Shown: positions 38,701 to 46,715 of the stretch, one piece after another
Position numbering within the stretch: position 1 is the first letter of the stretch
How the letters are laid out: every line of letters begins with the position of its first letter
Translations under genes and position numbers: made by a program
Notes under the pieces: generated by a model
The model's database searches: none
What the model was told of the DNA's origin: nothing
What the model saw: only the letters and a program-made list of their open reading frames with translations
NCBI GenBank assembly: GCA_044866315.1
Contig: JBIOTX010000044.1
Location: 10,596-74,595, forward strand
Length of the DNA: 64,000 nucleotides
Reading direction: 5' to 3'
From: Thermoanaerobaculia bacterium
GTDB taxonomy: Bacteria > Acidobacteriota > Thermoanaerobaculia > Gp7-AA8

Positions 38701-40764
38701 ACGATGAGCGGCGGCACGCACTTCAAGGCTCTCGGCCTGAACATGCAGGCGACCCTCACGATCGTCCTCCGGCCACCGCCCGTCATCGCGCTGCGAGGCA
38801 TGGCGAGCATTCTCGGCGCCGAGGTGGCGGTTGACGTGTCCGCAGGAGTGGCTCCCCCGACCCTTAGTGCCTCGGCGAACCTCCAGCTTCCGACCGTCCT
38901 CGGCATTGATCTCGGCGGCGGCCATCTCGACATTAAACCCTCGTTCGTTCGCCTGAGGTTCCATGCTCTCGGCGCGAACGTCACGGTCCTCGTTCCGAAT
39001 CTCTCCCGGCTCGATATCGCACTGCTCGAGGAAATCGTCCGCAGTCGCCTGCAGCATCCCGAGCTGAACCTCTCGGACATCATCGACGCGCTGCGGGACC
39101 GGAACATTACGGTGTCGCTCGTTGAGAGCGGCAGTGGAGAAAACGAAGACATTTACACGCAGCGCACCGGCGGCAGCGACGGCGGAGGCGAAGAGAGTCC
39201 CGGCCTGGAGCACGGCGGCAACCCGTCGCCGACCGTCGGGCCGAACCGCGGCCCCCGGGAAGCAACCGGCGGCGGTGAGGACAAGAGCGAGAGCTCGGCG
39301 GCGAGCCGATCCGGCGGTCAGGGAGACGTGCAGACGACGCAGGCTAACGGCTGGTTCTACCGCGTTCGGCAGAATGGCACGGCGTGGATATTGGTCTCCG
39401 TCTTCGGGGACCATGAGTCGGCACCGCGCCTCCTCAGTGAGGAGACGCGCGCCCATCTTGTCAGCCCCAACGTTGTAACGCTCTTCGACACTTGGTTGTT
39501 CATTGTGACGGCGGACATCGAAGCTGGCACGCTGCACGCCATCTGGTTCGAGCCGCCGCGAAACTCTCCTATCGAGCACTTCCCGCTCGCGGAGAAGGTT
39601 GATCTCTTCGAGTGGCTGGACGGCTGCCGAAAATCGAAGAACTGCGACATCAACGCGCGGCTCGGGTATCTCCCGTTTCTCGCTGACTACGAGCACCACA
39701 TCGAGGTACGAGAGACCGCGCTGCTGCCGCAAGACCCCGAACAGTCGCAGCCGCGCGGCTTCGTCATCGCCTGGAGTGGCGAGGGATCGAAAGCCGAATG
39801 CCGCGGCATCGCGCTTTGGCCCGAGTATCCGAAACGCGACGAAAAGAACCTCGCCCGGTCCGTTCCGTTCGTGCCTACCGACCTGCAGGATGCCCGCTGT
39901 GCGCCCCCGTCACCGGGAGCGGCTTTCCCTCCCCTAGGCGCCGCACCTCCCGACTGGTTCCGGTACCGGCCGGTCAGGATCGTTTCGGCGCAAGGCAACG
40001 TCGTGGAGAGCCTCAGCGGCGATGCCGCCCGGCGCAATCGAGTCCTGCGCCTCCTATCGAAGGACTTGCGGGCGACCGAGGTCCGCGAATACGGCACCAG
40101 AGTGCTCGCGGTGACCGATCTGCAGCCGATCGAGCCGCCGGGCCGAGCGCGGCGAGGCGGCCCGGAACCTTCGCAAGGTCCACCACCGCAAGGTGCGCCG
40201 CCGCAGACGGTCCTTCCGCTGCCGGCATCACTCGCGCCGCCGCCGGGGTTCGCCCCGGCTCCGGTACGATTCGCGAAGACGGTCAGCCTTATCGGACCGT
40301 CCGCCGCAGTGCAAGTTCCGGTGATTTTCGCCCACGACGCGGGAGGCGGACAGGCGACAGGCCTAGCTCTGCCCGAATGCGTCGCCCGCTCGGCGCCGAT
40401 GGCGGCCGAACTGGCCGGGCTGCTCGACAAGGCCGACGAGCATGCAGTGGCGCTGCTCCTGGAAACGCCGCAGACCTGCAGCGCATCGCTGATCACCCTC
40501 GACCCGAAAACCAGCGCCTGGATGGCCGCTGGCATCACCCGACTGCCTGACGACCGGACGAAAGCGTATCGGATCGACGGGGCGCGCTTCACGAAGCTGT
40601 TCAACCAGTGGGCGGCCGACGGGCTCTATCACGGCGCGCGCCCACCGGAAGGGGCAATGTGGGTCCCCACTGTCCTGCGCCAAGTGTTGACCCCCGGACA
40701 CGACTGGCCGAAAACCTTCCGTGCAAATCCGCTGGGCCTCATCGGGCTAAGTGCAATGCAGTGA
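35731..40764 (+). CDS. Giant secreted/anchored protein (1677 aa) of unknown function
   Basis: N-terminal signal/anchor MMKRLAGSRMVVLLLACHVICGELQA, with SD gggggagg upstream. About 1100 aa are Ala/Leu/Gly/Val-rich. A Gly/Ser/Glu-rich disordered linker (SGSGENEDIYTQRTGGSDGGGEESPG...) follows. A Pro-rich segment (PPGRARRGGPEPSQGPPPQGAPPQTVLPLPASLAPPPGFAPAP) precedes a ~165-aa C-terminal domain. Confidence 0.7.
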   Translation: MMKRLAGSRMVVLLLACHVICGELQASALDDAFRAEQLLRQLQQIHGSGDHCGAACSSQPLQEALALRLSACLRSRRKVYQERDVRSAGLRPCLMYAGDSIVAPGQAVALLGNVIEPFFILESNRAAVSFLERGRRELIARAAHDAETVAEAVAVAAVFQSAPTAVLDLLGFSALREPLAAVGDAKTPLAQRVDAAVRIVAATEAVMGKQVTSPALDRWHRFRKEGLAIGRCSPQAICAVFRPEAGNPGESTAVSAFAVGPAVELPLGLTIRNTRFVDDANGGHLVFPPSGLVANVREDAGQLRRSLALMGIPPLLADRATFSGLAAGPQALSIAVHLFVAGRTGAVHGELPLQSLIRSANERGLSSAGQAFAERFQARIAEALNSAGFQWTLRGVPLKATFTAKAIGNGRIHLAGRWSAGELGEVEFPVDLVPGVDGALQVMPGDHLVPPAAVEKWIASVRRPLVTALQAAVPPEMRPRHSGMLVIQRAKAVVNALTVDSVTFDEALAVYTAHISVALPAPYGGTLTVTFGPSQPLPDVGARVRDALQRALLAELAASAVASAITAPADLAGRSFEFLGGRIEILSDPPPRFEDGAWSASVRTTFGAVSRTLLRLRIAPSAIGSPAISPADLDFAAVQVTGGTFIDLVADILAARGLALQSAKSLISIRDVRPIRRGLAFRLVLRNLPILPNGIDLGDFELGERTTANIAERIGAPIQNALLGLGEIEQVGPVRNIALDTQRTNLLLASRSRQIVLKAEVIFDAPISGTLKVRITIPESGPLVVEPEQRLETWLAGVLPALVPVLSVDHVLSVKLSRVSETFIAMSPLRFDADIDVTLFDSVPLPTARIVISPSGMDFSQFKPSIDYPAAFIVAPAAPLSLYAVNSTLAVDLTRGALTVSTELTCAATPAEAKLVALAAHIKGSLTVEVREATAKLRGDVKLARSMTIMTVTGTLDIPHAHFEGTQQTGDFLRSIADVGSTVVIDAPTATMSGGTHFKALGLNMQATLTIVLRPPPVIALRGMASILGAEVAVDVSAGVAPPTLSASANLQLPTVLGIDLGGGHLDIKPSFVRLRFHALGANVTVLVPNLSRLDIALLEEIVRSRLQHPELNLSDIIDALRDRNITVSLVESGSGENEDIYTQRTGGSDGGGEESPGLEHGGNPSPTVGPNRGPREATGGGEDKSESSAASRSGGQGDVQTTQANGWFYRVRQNGTAWILVSVFGDHESAPRLLSEETRAHLVSPNVVTLFDTWLFIVTADIEAGTLHAIWFEPPRNSPIEHFPLAEKVDLFEWLDGCRKSKNCDINARLGYLPFLADYEHHIEVRETALLPQDPEQSQPRGFVIAWSGEGSKAECRGIALWPEYPKRDEKNLARSVPFVPTDLQDARCAPPSPGAAFPPLGAAPPDWFRYRPVRIVSAQGNVVESLSGDAARRNRVLRLLSKDLRATEVREYGTRVLAVTDLQPIEPPGRARRGGPEPSQGPPPQGAPPQTVLPLPASLAPPPGFAPAPVRFAKTVSLIGPSAAVQVPVIFAHDAGGGQATGLALPECVARSAPMAAELAGLLDKADEHAVALLLETPQTCSASLITLDPKTSAWMAAGITRLPDDRTKAYRIDGARFTKLFNQWAADGLYHGARPPEGAMWVPTVLRQVLTPGHDWPKTFRANPLGLIGLSAMQ

Positions 40765-40781
40765 GAAAGAGGAGAGCGTTC

Positions 40782-42320
40782 ATGGCAAAATCTGGTCCGG
40801 TCCATCCGTTTCACATGTCCATCGGCGCGGTGTTCCTATCGTTCCTCGTCGCGCTGGGGATCACGGCGGTCTCCTACGCCGTCGGTACGCTGTGGATCGT
40901 TCACAACCTCGAGCGGAGGTATCTCGAGGACCGCACGATCGTGCCGGAGCTTCGGGGACGCGATACTCCCAATGCGCCGGTGTCGGCGCAGCTGAACGAA
41001 GAGAGCGTCTGGGCGGCGATGCTCAACCGGCTTCGAGAGGACGGGAACATTGCCACGATGAGCGACGAGCAGGTCAAGCAGCTCGTCGCGACGCTTGCGC
41101 ACGGAGCGCGGCCGGAGCCGGTCGATTCCCTCTCACCCCTCTCCCTCGCCGTGACCATCGCCCAGATCTCCGGCAACACGCGCGACACTGAGACGCCGCC
41201 GCCGGGAAAGCGCCTGCAGTACGAGCCGATCATGGCGCTCCTCATGGCGGGCGTTCCGGGCCAACTCCAAGCTATCGAGGACTGCGTGGGAAGCCTGCGG
41301 CAAGGCGCCGCTGCCAAAACCTCCGTGGGCGCCAATGAGCGCTGCAACGGTGCCCGAAGCTCGCCCCTCGCCAGACTGTGGTCGGGCGTGCGGATGCAGG
41401 GGCTGAATTGGACTCCGCGGCGCGAGATCGCCAAGGCGGCCTTCGAGCTGACCGGAGCGTGGTCGGATCCGCCGACGCAGCAGATGACAAAGGACGTCCG
41501 CCGCAATGCCTTCTTCCTCACCGAGGCGCTCCTGCAGCGGAGCGACACAGCGACGGCCGTGAAGCACGCGCGGATCTACTTCAACATCTTCGTCGGGCCG
41601 ATTCAGTTCGCCCTCTATTTCTTCTTCGTCTTCCTTCTCGTTCTCCTCGTCGTCCGGGCTGGCACCCGGTACGACCTCGAAGGGATCTGGAGAGGGAAGA
41701 TCCGGCGAGAGATCGTGAGGGAGCGCAAGGAAGAGGATCCGGAGCTTCTCGCCACGAAGCTTCGTAATCTCGCCAAGGCCAGCCACCGGACGTTCTTCGA
41801 GCAGTCGCTGCAGACGGTGGCGCACGAGCTGGAGGCGATCAGGGACCAGGCGCGGAATCTCACCGACCGCAACGATCCGGCGCTCATTCACGCAAGGATC
41901 AGCAACACGGCGAATCAGCTTGCGGAGGCGGCCATCGCCCACATGTGCACACTCTTCGCGAACCTCACCGACAACTCACGCTGGTTGATCCGCTGGCTGG
42001 CCCGATCCCTTCCCGCACTCGGCTTCCTGCACACGGTGCTCGGCATCGCCTTCGCGCTCGTCAAGGCTGACCTGCTGGTCCGGGCCAACTCGCCCGCTGC
42101 GCGCGCCACAGCGATGCTGGAGGTCTCCAGCGTGCTGGGCGTCGCTTTCACGACGACCTTCCTTGCCCTCTTCGCCGGGCTGATCGCGGGACTGATCATC
42201 GACTGGGAGTTCTCCCGCGAAGACCTCTTTCTGGACGACTATGAGAACGTCCTCACCGTGAACATTAATCCGATGTACTTCGCCCCGGAGCGTCAGAAAG
42301 AGGAGCCGCATGTTGCGTAG
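40782..42320 (+). CDS. ExbB/TolQ/MotA-family proton-channel protein with N-terminal TM plus ~230-aa periplasmic extension
   Basis: C-terminal signature LPALGFLHTVLGIAFAL...ATAMLEVSSVLGVAFTTTFLALFAGLIAGLI matches the MotA_ExbB TM2-TM3 consensus (LGLLGTVxGM...ALxTTxxGLxVAIP). Four TM helices. ATG 40782 is preceded by gaggagag, 17 nt after the giant-protein stop. Confidence 0.65.
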   Translation: MAKSGPVHPFHMSIGAVFLSFLVALGITAVSYAVGTLWIVHNLERRYLEDRTIVPELRGRDTPNAPVSAQLNEESVWAAMLNRLREDGNIATMSDEQVKQLVATLAHGARPEPVDSLSPLSLAVTIAQISGNTRDTETPPPGKRLQYEPIMALLMAGVPGQLQAIEDCVGSLRQGAAAKTSVGANERCNGARSSPLARLWSGVRMQGLNWTPRREIAKAAFELTGAWSDPPTQQMTKDVRRNAFFLTEALLQRSDTATAVKHARIYFNIFVGPIQFALYFFFVFLLVLLVVRAGTRYDLEGIWRGKIRREIVRERKEEDPELLATKLRNLAKASHRTFFEQSLQTVAHELEAIRDQARNLTDRNDPALIHARISNTANQLAEAAIAHMCTLFANLTDNSRWLIRWLARSLPALGFLHTVLGIAFALVKADLLVRANSPAARATAMLEVSSVLGVAFTTTFLALFAGLIAGLIIDWEFSREDLFLDDYENVLTVNINPMYFAPERQKEEPHVA

Positions 42321-42807
42321 GCGACGGCCTGATCAGCCCGCCATTACGCTGAGCTTCATCGACATGGTCAGCGGCGGCATGGCCGCGTCGCTTCTGCTCT
42401 TCCTCTCCGTCGCGGCTGTTAGCGGCTCGGCCGGCGGTATCGGTCCGACCCGAGCACACGGTCGAGGGGATGACGCCCGGGCCAGCAGCGGCCGGGCCTA
42501 CGCCCGCTTGGCGGTCATCGAGATGAAGGTGCGCGGCGAGGTCGCGCCAGGAGACCTCTCTGTCCGGCCGGCCGAAGGCGTGGAGGCTTTCCGGACGCCC
42601 GGCAGCGAGGGAACCACCATGCTCACAGTCGTCGTCACGGCGCAGGAGCCGGTGACCATCTATCTCCGCAACGGGGTGACGGTAGAAGGGATCGAGACGC
42701 GGACGTGCGGCGCGGAAGGCTGCGGGCGGCCGATACCACGCACGCTGTTGGCCACCGACGCCGGCCAGGCGGTAATGACGTTCGATCCGCTGGAGGTGCA
42801 GCCATGA
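42310..42807 (+). CDS. ExbD/TolR/MotB-like stator subunit, paralog 1
   Basis: MLRRRRPDQPAITLSFIDMVSGGMAASLLLFLSVAA is the conserved N-terminal TM with the Asp (FIDMV) of the ExbD/TolR family. 11-nt overlap with the ExbB-like gene. Confidence 0.65.
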   Translation: MLRRRRPDQPAITLSFIDMVSGGMAASLLLFLSVAAVSGSAGGIGPTRAHGRGDDARASSGRAYARLAVIEMKVRGEVAPGDLSVRPAEGVEAFRTPGSEGTTMLTVVVTAQEPVTIYLRNGVTVEGIETRTCGAEGCGRPIPRTLLATDAGQAVMTFDPLEVQP

Positions 42808-43424
42808 TGCGACGCCGCGCGAAGCAGGAGGCGTCGGAAGAGATCCTGACCCTCAGTTTCATCGACACGCTCTGCTGCTGCCTCGGCGCGACCGTCCTGC
42901 TCTTCGTTGCGCTGGTCAGCAACTCCCAGAATCAGGGCGGAGCCGTGCAGCGCATCCGGGGAGAGTTCCTGCGCATCACCTATACGGCCGGCGACCCAGA
43001 CGCCATCCTGCACTTCATCATCCAGCCGCCGTCCGGACGGCAGATCGAGCTCTCGCCCGCGGAGATGAACGGCACGGGCTACTTCCGGGAGAGTACGCCC
43101 TACTGGCGCGCCCTGCGCGTAGTCGGCTTTTCCGCCGCCACCCGCCCGCTCGCGGCGGGCGTGGCCCACCGCTACGAGATCCTCGTCTTTGATCCGGCAG
43201 TCGGGAAATGGCAGTTCTCGGCGCGCTACACCGACCGCCGCGACGTCGAGCTGCTCCTAGGCCGCGCTCCGCTCGTCGATGTCGAGCGACGGGCCTCCGC
43301 CAGCTTCCCCATACGCACACGACTGGTCAGCCAAAAACTTGCGTTCAGCGAGGCGACCTGCAGCGGCACCCCCTGCGATACCTTGGAGGTCCCGCCCGAT
43401 CCTTCGCTGCTCGCGGCAAAATGA
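42805..43424 (+). CDS. ExbD/TolR/MotB-like stator subunit, paralog 2
   Basis: MMRRRAKQEASEEILTLSFIDTLCCCLGATVLLFVALVS. ATGA overlap with paralog 1. The periplasmic C-terminal domain differs from paralog 1. Confidence 0.65.
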
Positions 43425-43448
43425 AACTGAGAAAGAGAGGAACTCACC

Positions 43449-43949
43449 ATGAACCGCATCGCCTGCATTGTGGTCGCCGCAATCGTCGTCGCCGTTGCGG
43501 CCGACTTTTCCGCGGCACCGAGGACGTTCACCCTCACCGTTCAGCGCAACATGACGTGCAAGGACGGCTCAACGAACGGGCGTCTGCTGGTGGGAGGCAA
43601 CGAGATCGCCCGCACCCTCGAGCCGGCACTTCCCGGCAACCGCATTCCGGCCGGCAGCTACCAAGGAGTCATCCGTACCGATGGCGATCTCGGCTGGCGG
43701 GTGGAGCTGAAGGACGTGAAGGGATGGGAGGCCGTCCAGATCCACAAGGGTAATTACCCGAGTAACACGAAGGGATGCATTCTCGTCGGCACCGGAATCA
43801 CGGGAGCGACCGATCCGAAGACCGGCCAGGAGACCTGCATGGTCACCAACTCCGCCGACGCGCTGGCGAAGATTCAAGCAGCCATGCAGAAGGCGAGTGA
43901 TAGCGGTGTCTCAAGCCAGGGGCTAGCCATCACAATTACAGTCGAGTAA
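43449..43949 (+). CDS. N-terminally anchored/secreted DUF5675-like protein (tentative)
   Basis: Signal/anchor MNRIACIVVAAIVVAVAADF. Motif NRIPAGSYQGVIRT...VQIHKGNYPSNTKGCILVGTG resembles the DUF5675 pattern (RIPAGTY...IHgGN...T.GCIlVG). It is the last gene of the operon. Confidence 0.45.
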   Translation: MNRIACIVVAAIVVAVAADFSAAPRTFTLTVQRNMTCKDGSTNGRLLVGGNEIARTLEPALPGNRIPAGSYQGVIRTDGDLGWRVELKDVKGWEAVQIHKGNYPSNTKGCILVGTGITGATDPKTGQETCMVTNSADALAKIQAAMQKASDSGVSSQGLAITITVE

Positions 43950-44290
43950 GCACGGATACTGCTTCAATACCTAATCCGCGAAAGGCCGACTCTCGCAACT
44001 CATACTTATCATTGCGGTTGGTCTCTGTGGACCTTATTGGTACGCCTCCGACTTTACCGTTCTGGAAGTACTCACCTGGAGCGATGGTAGGCCCGAGGAA
44101 CTGGGCCAACGCCTCGATAGCAGAGGGTTCCGGGCGAAAAGCCACGCGTGATGGAGAGCCACGGAATTGGAGGCCTGCCTACGGGGGGCTGCATCTCCCA
44201 TGTCTATAACGTCCACGACGTGGGGGCTTCACGAGCCTCGGCAAGGAATCACAGCCTATCGAGTTAGGAGCGGGGAACAGCAGACGTCCC

Positions 44291-45619
44291 CTAGGGCGGT
44301 GGAGCAGGCGGGGTAGACCATGCACAAGCATTCGGGCATCCCGACAGAGTCCACTCATAAAACCCAATCACTTTGCTGGTGTCATAAGCACGTCCACCCA
44401 GTGAGCTAAAGATATTCTCATAGTACGTGCCGTTCACCGTCGCGCCGCCGAGGCCCATGGCTTGCGGCCACGTTTCTCTCAAGCCCCAATCGTAACTGCT
44501 GTTACACGAAGCCCGGGCTGTAGAGGGATACGTTCCGCAGGTATAGGGTGCGCCGGTACCGGGATCACGTGGATAGGTGTCGGGAACCAAAACCGTATCC
44601 AGACCTGTGCCTTCGATATGGCCGAAGTATTGAAGGGGACTCGACTGCGGAACCCCAACGAACGTCTGCAACCCTCCTCCTAGTGCTTGTCCACCAGCGC
44701 AATGACCGGAGCCGAACGAGCAAATGTACGGGCGTACGAAATATCGCTGTCCTCTCAATAACGTGATTGCGCTGGCACCGCTGAACTTGAATTCCTGTCG
44801 CACCATGCCCGCTCCGTACGGCGGTGGAATGCCGATCCCGTACGTTGGGTCGGATGTAGCCAGTAATGCGTCTGCAGGGCAGCCTCCGTAGTACCCACCG
44901 TCGACCGCGCAGATTACGTAATATGCCGGCCCACCACAGGACCCGTTCGCACACATGAACAGCTCTGACGTAACGCTTGCCAGCTTGCCTGAAACGTTCG
45001 GAACCAGTACTAGCCAGTTGTACACGTAGTAGTTTCCGCTCCACCCACCGGCATTAAAAGTTGCAAGTGTTACGGGTGTAGTATCGACGCATGGATGACG
45101 AAGGTCCGCTGCATCGCCACGCATCTCATTGACGTGGAACGTAGTGACATTTGGCACCCAGTGTTCGCATCCCTCACCGCAGTATTTCGCGCCAATGAGA
45201 GAGATTGTTGTATAACCTTTGTTCAAGTAGCCGCGCCGAATCCCCCGAGTTACAGTTTCTATGCCCGCGCTCCAGTTTGAAAACGGCGACAGCCCGCATC
45301 GGACGCTGACCGGATCGCTTCCACCACAATCACCGGTGGATGCGCACCAGAACCAATTCCATGCGTTGTACTCGCCGCAAAGATGCTTGCCGAACCCCGT
45401 CTCCTGCCCCGAAATCCCTACGATGAGGCGGGGATCGACGTCAAACTCTCTGCCCGATTCGAGCAGCGTTGTGACGGTGTCACTCGTGTCGATCATAGGC
45501 GACGACTTACGCTCCAGGTAACTCTGCAGCTGCTCAGCCGAGACGCATGTCGCCGCAAACGCCTCCAACGACGCATTCACTAGGTGGACAAGCAGAAGAA
45601 GGCGTACGCTTCGAAGCAC
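44291..45619 (-). CDS. Secreted Cys-rich protein with N-terminal glucosaminidase (GH73)-like region (tentative peptidoglycan hydrolase)
   Basis: Signal peptide LLLLVHLVNASLEAFAA. The segment LIVGISGQETGFGKH...YNAWNWFW resembles the FlgJ/GH73 motif. More than 20 Cys are present; the C-terminal region is Gly/Tyr/Cys-rich. Confidence 0.4.
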   Translation of the reverse strand: MLRSVRLLLLVHLVNASLEAFAATCVSAEQLQSYLERKSSPMIDTSDTVTTLLESGREFDVDPRLIVGISGQETGFGKHLCGEYNAWNWFWCASTGDCGGSDPVSVRCGLSPFSNWSAGIETVTRGIRRGYLNKGYTTISLIGAKYCGEGCEHWVPNVTTFHVNEMRGDAADLRHPCVDTTPVTLATFNAGGWSGNYYVYNWLVLVPNVSGKLASVTSELFMCANGSCGGPAYYVICAVDGGYYGGCPADALLATSDPTYGIGIPPPYGAGMVRQEFKFSGASAITLLRGQRYFVRPYICSFGSGHCAGGQALGGGLQTFVGVPQSSPLQYFGHIEGTGLDTVLVPDTYPRDPGTGAPYTCGTYPSTARASCNSSYDWGLRETWPQAMGLGGATVNGTYYENIFSSLGGRAYDTSKVIGFYEWTLSGCPNACAWSTPPAPPP

Positions 45620-45630
45620 TTAGCACATCC

Positions 45631-46470
45631 TCATTCGCTGAAGCGCGCAGTCGAGAGCACTTTCTCGAATGTCGCTATGTGGTCCGACGCGGCCGGATCG
45701 CCTTCGGAGTATGTCAGGAAGAACTTGTAGATCCATCCGCCGTGCGGAACATAGACGACAGTTGTGACTTCCGCTGCCGTGTTAGTGGCGTCGACGTACG
45801 TCAGTCGACGTCCTGCTCTCGCAGCCACTGCGACATTCGTGGCGCTCACCGGCTCTGTGTCGCTGAAATCGTGCTCGATGACATCTTCCAAGGATTCTCC
45901 ATCGTGCGTCCGAGTGATGTCGATTTCAGCGCCACCGAAAGGGCGGACGCCTCCCCGCGAATACTCCGCGAAGGACCTCAGTGCGACTGGACCTCCCAAA
46001 TCGGCGACTGCGCTATTAAATCGCCACTCGGGAGGATAGCCCACGGCGACGCCTGCCGCCGGGGTTGTGAGGGCTCGCCAGATACTTAATCGAATCGGGA
46101 ATGGCCTCGACACAGTCGCACTCCGGTCCCGAAGATGCAGCGTTCCTTCAACCACTCCTGGGTCAGTATTCTCTGAGACAGCGACCATAATCGTGATCTG
46201 GAACGAAGATCCTGCTGCACTACTTACGACCTGTGGCGTGACGGTGATATATGGCCTGAGTGCTGGAGTAACCTCGGCCCGCACGGCCTCAAGGGGACGC
46301 GTTGACGTCCCACTTATGCTGAGCGTGTGTGTTCCGCCTGTAGCCACCGTCATATCGCTTCGCCCGGGAGACCACGTCACTACCGGGGGTGCGGAGGATG
46401 CTACGAAGGCCAAACCTGCGACCCCCACTGTCACCACCACGAACGTCAAACGGCGAGCTTTTGACATCAT
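45631..46470 (-). CDS. Secreted hypothetical protein
   Basis: Likely start MMSKARRLTFVVVTVGVAGLAFVASSAPP (signal peptide); the track ORF extends to 46677. Composition is beta-rich (TVTPQVVSSAAGSSFQITIMVAV). Confidence 0.5.
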   Translation of the reverse strand: MMSKARRLTFVVVTVGVAGLAFVASSAPPVVTWSPGRSDMTVATGGTHTLSISGTSTRPLEAVRAEVTPALRPYITVTPQVVSSAAGSSFQITIMVAVSENTDPGVVEGTLHLRDRSATVSRPFPIRLSIWRALTTPAAGVAVGYPPEWRFNSAVADLGGPVALRSFAEYSRGGVRPFGGAEIDITRTHDGESLEDVIEHDFSDTEPVSATNVAVAARAGRRLTYVDATNTAAEVTTVVYVPHGGWIYKFFLTYSEGDPAASDHIATFEKVLSTARFSE

Positions 46471-46715
46471 GGATGAATTATACCGCGTTGCGTTATCAGT
46501 AGTTGCGTTGCCGCCACTGCCCCGGTTAAGCCGACCGGCCCATGTATCATGACGACGCTCACGAATGTCTGTGCGTGTGATCACCGCGCGGCCCCTGTTT
46601 CTCGCAACGGGAAATCCTCGAAGCATATCGACATTCCTCTTTTCCGATCCGTAGCAAGGCGTCATCCCCAATCTCACTGATGTCCGACTCTGCGGAGCCC
46701 GAGTTGTCCAACAGG

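Noticed and set aside
36441-39732. Several long ORFs on both strands inside the giant-protein gene (36441..37439 +, 37296..38057 -, 38374..39732 -, 39687..40604 -)
   Set aside because: These are alternative frames of a 5-kb high-GC gene with Arg/Pro/Gly-dominated translations and no start context. The primary frame is continuous over 1677 codons and has an SD and a signal peptide.
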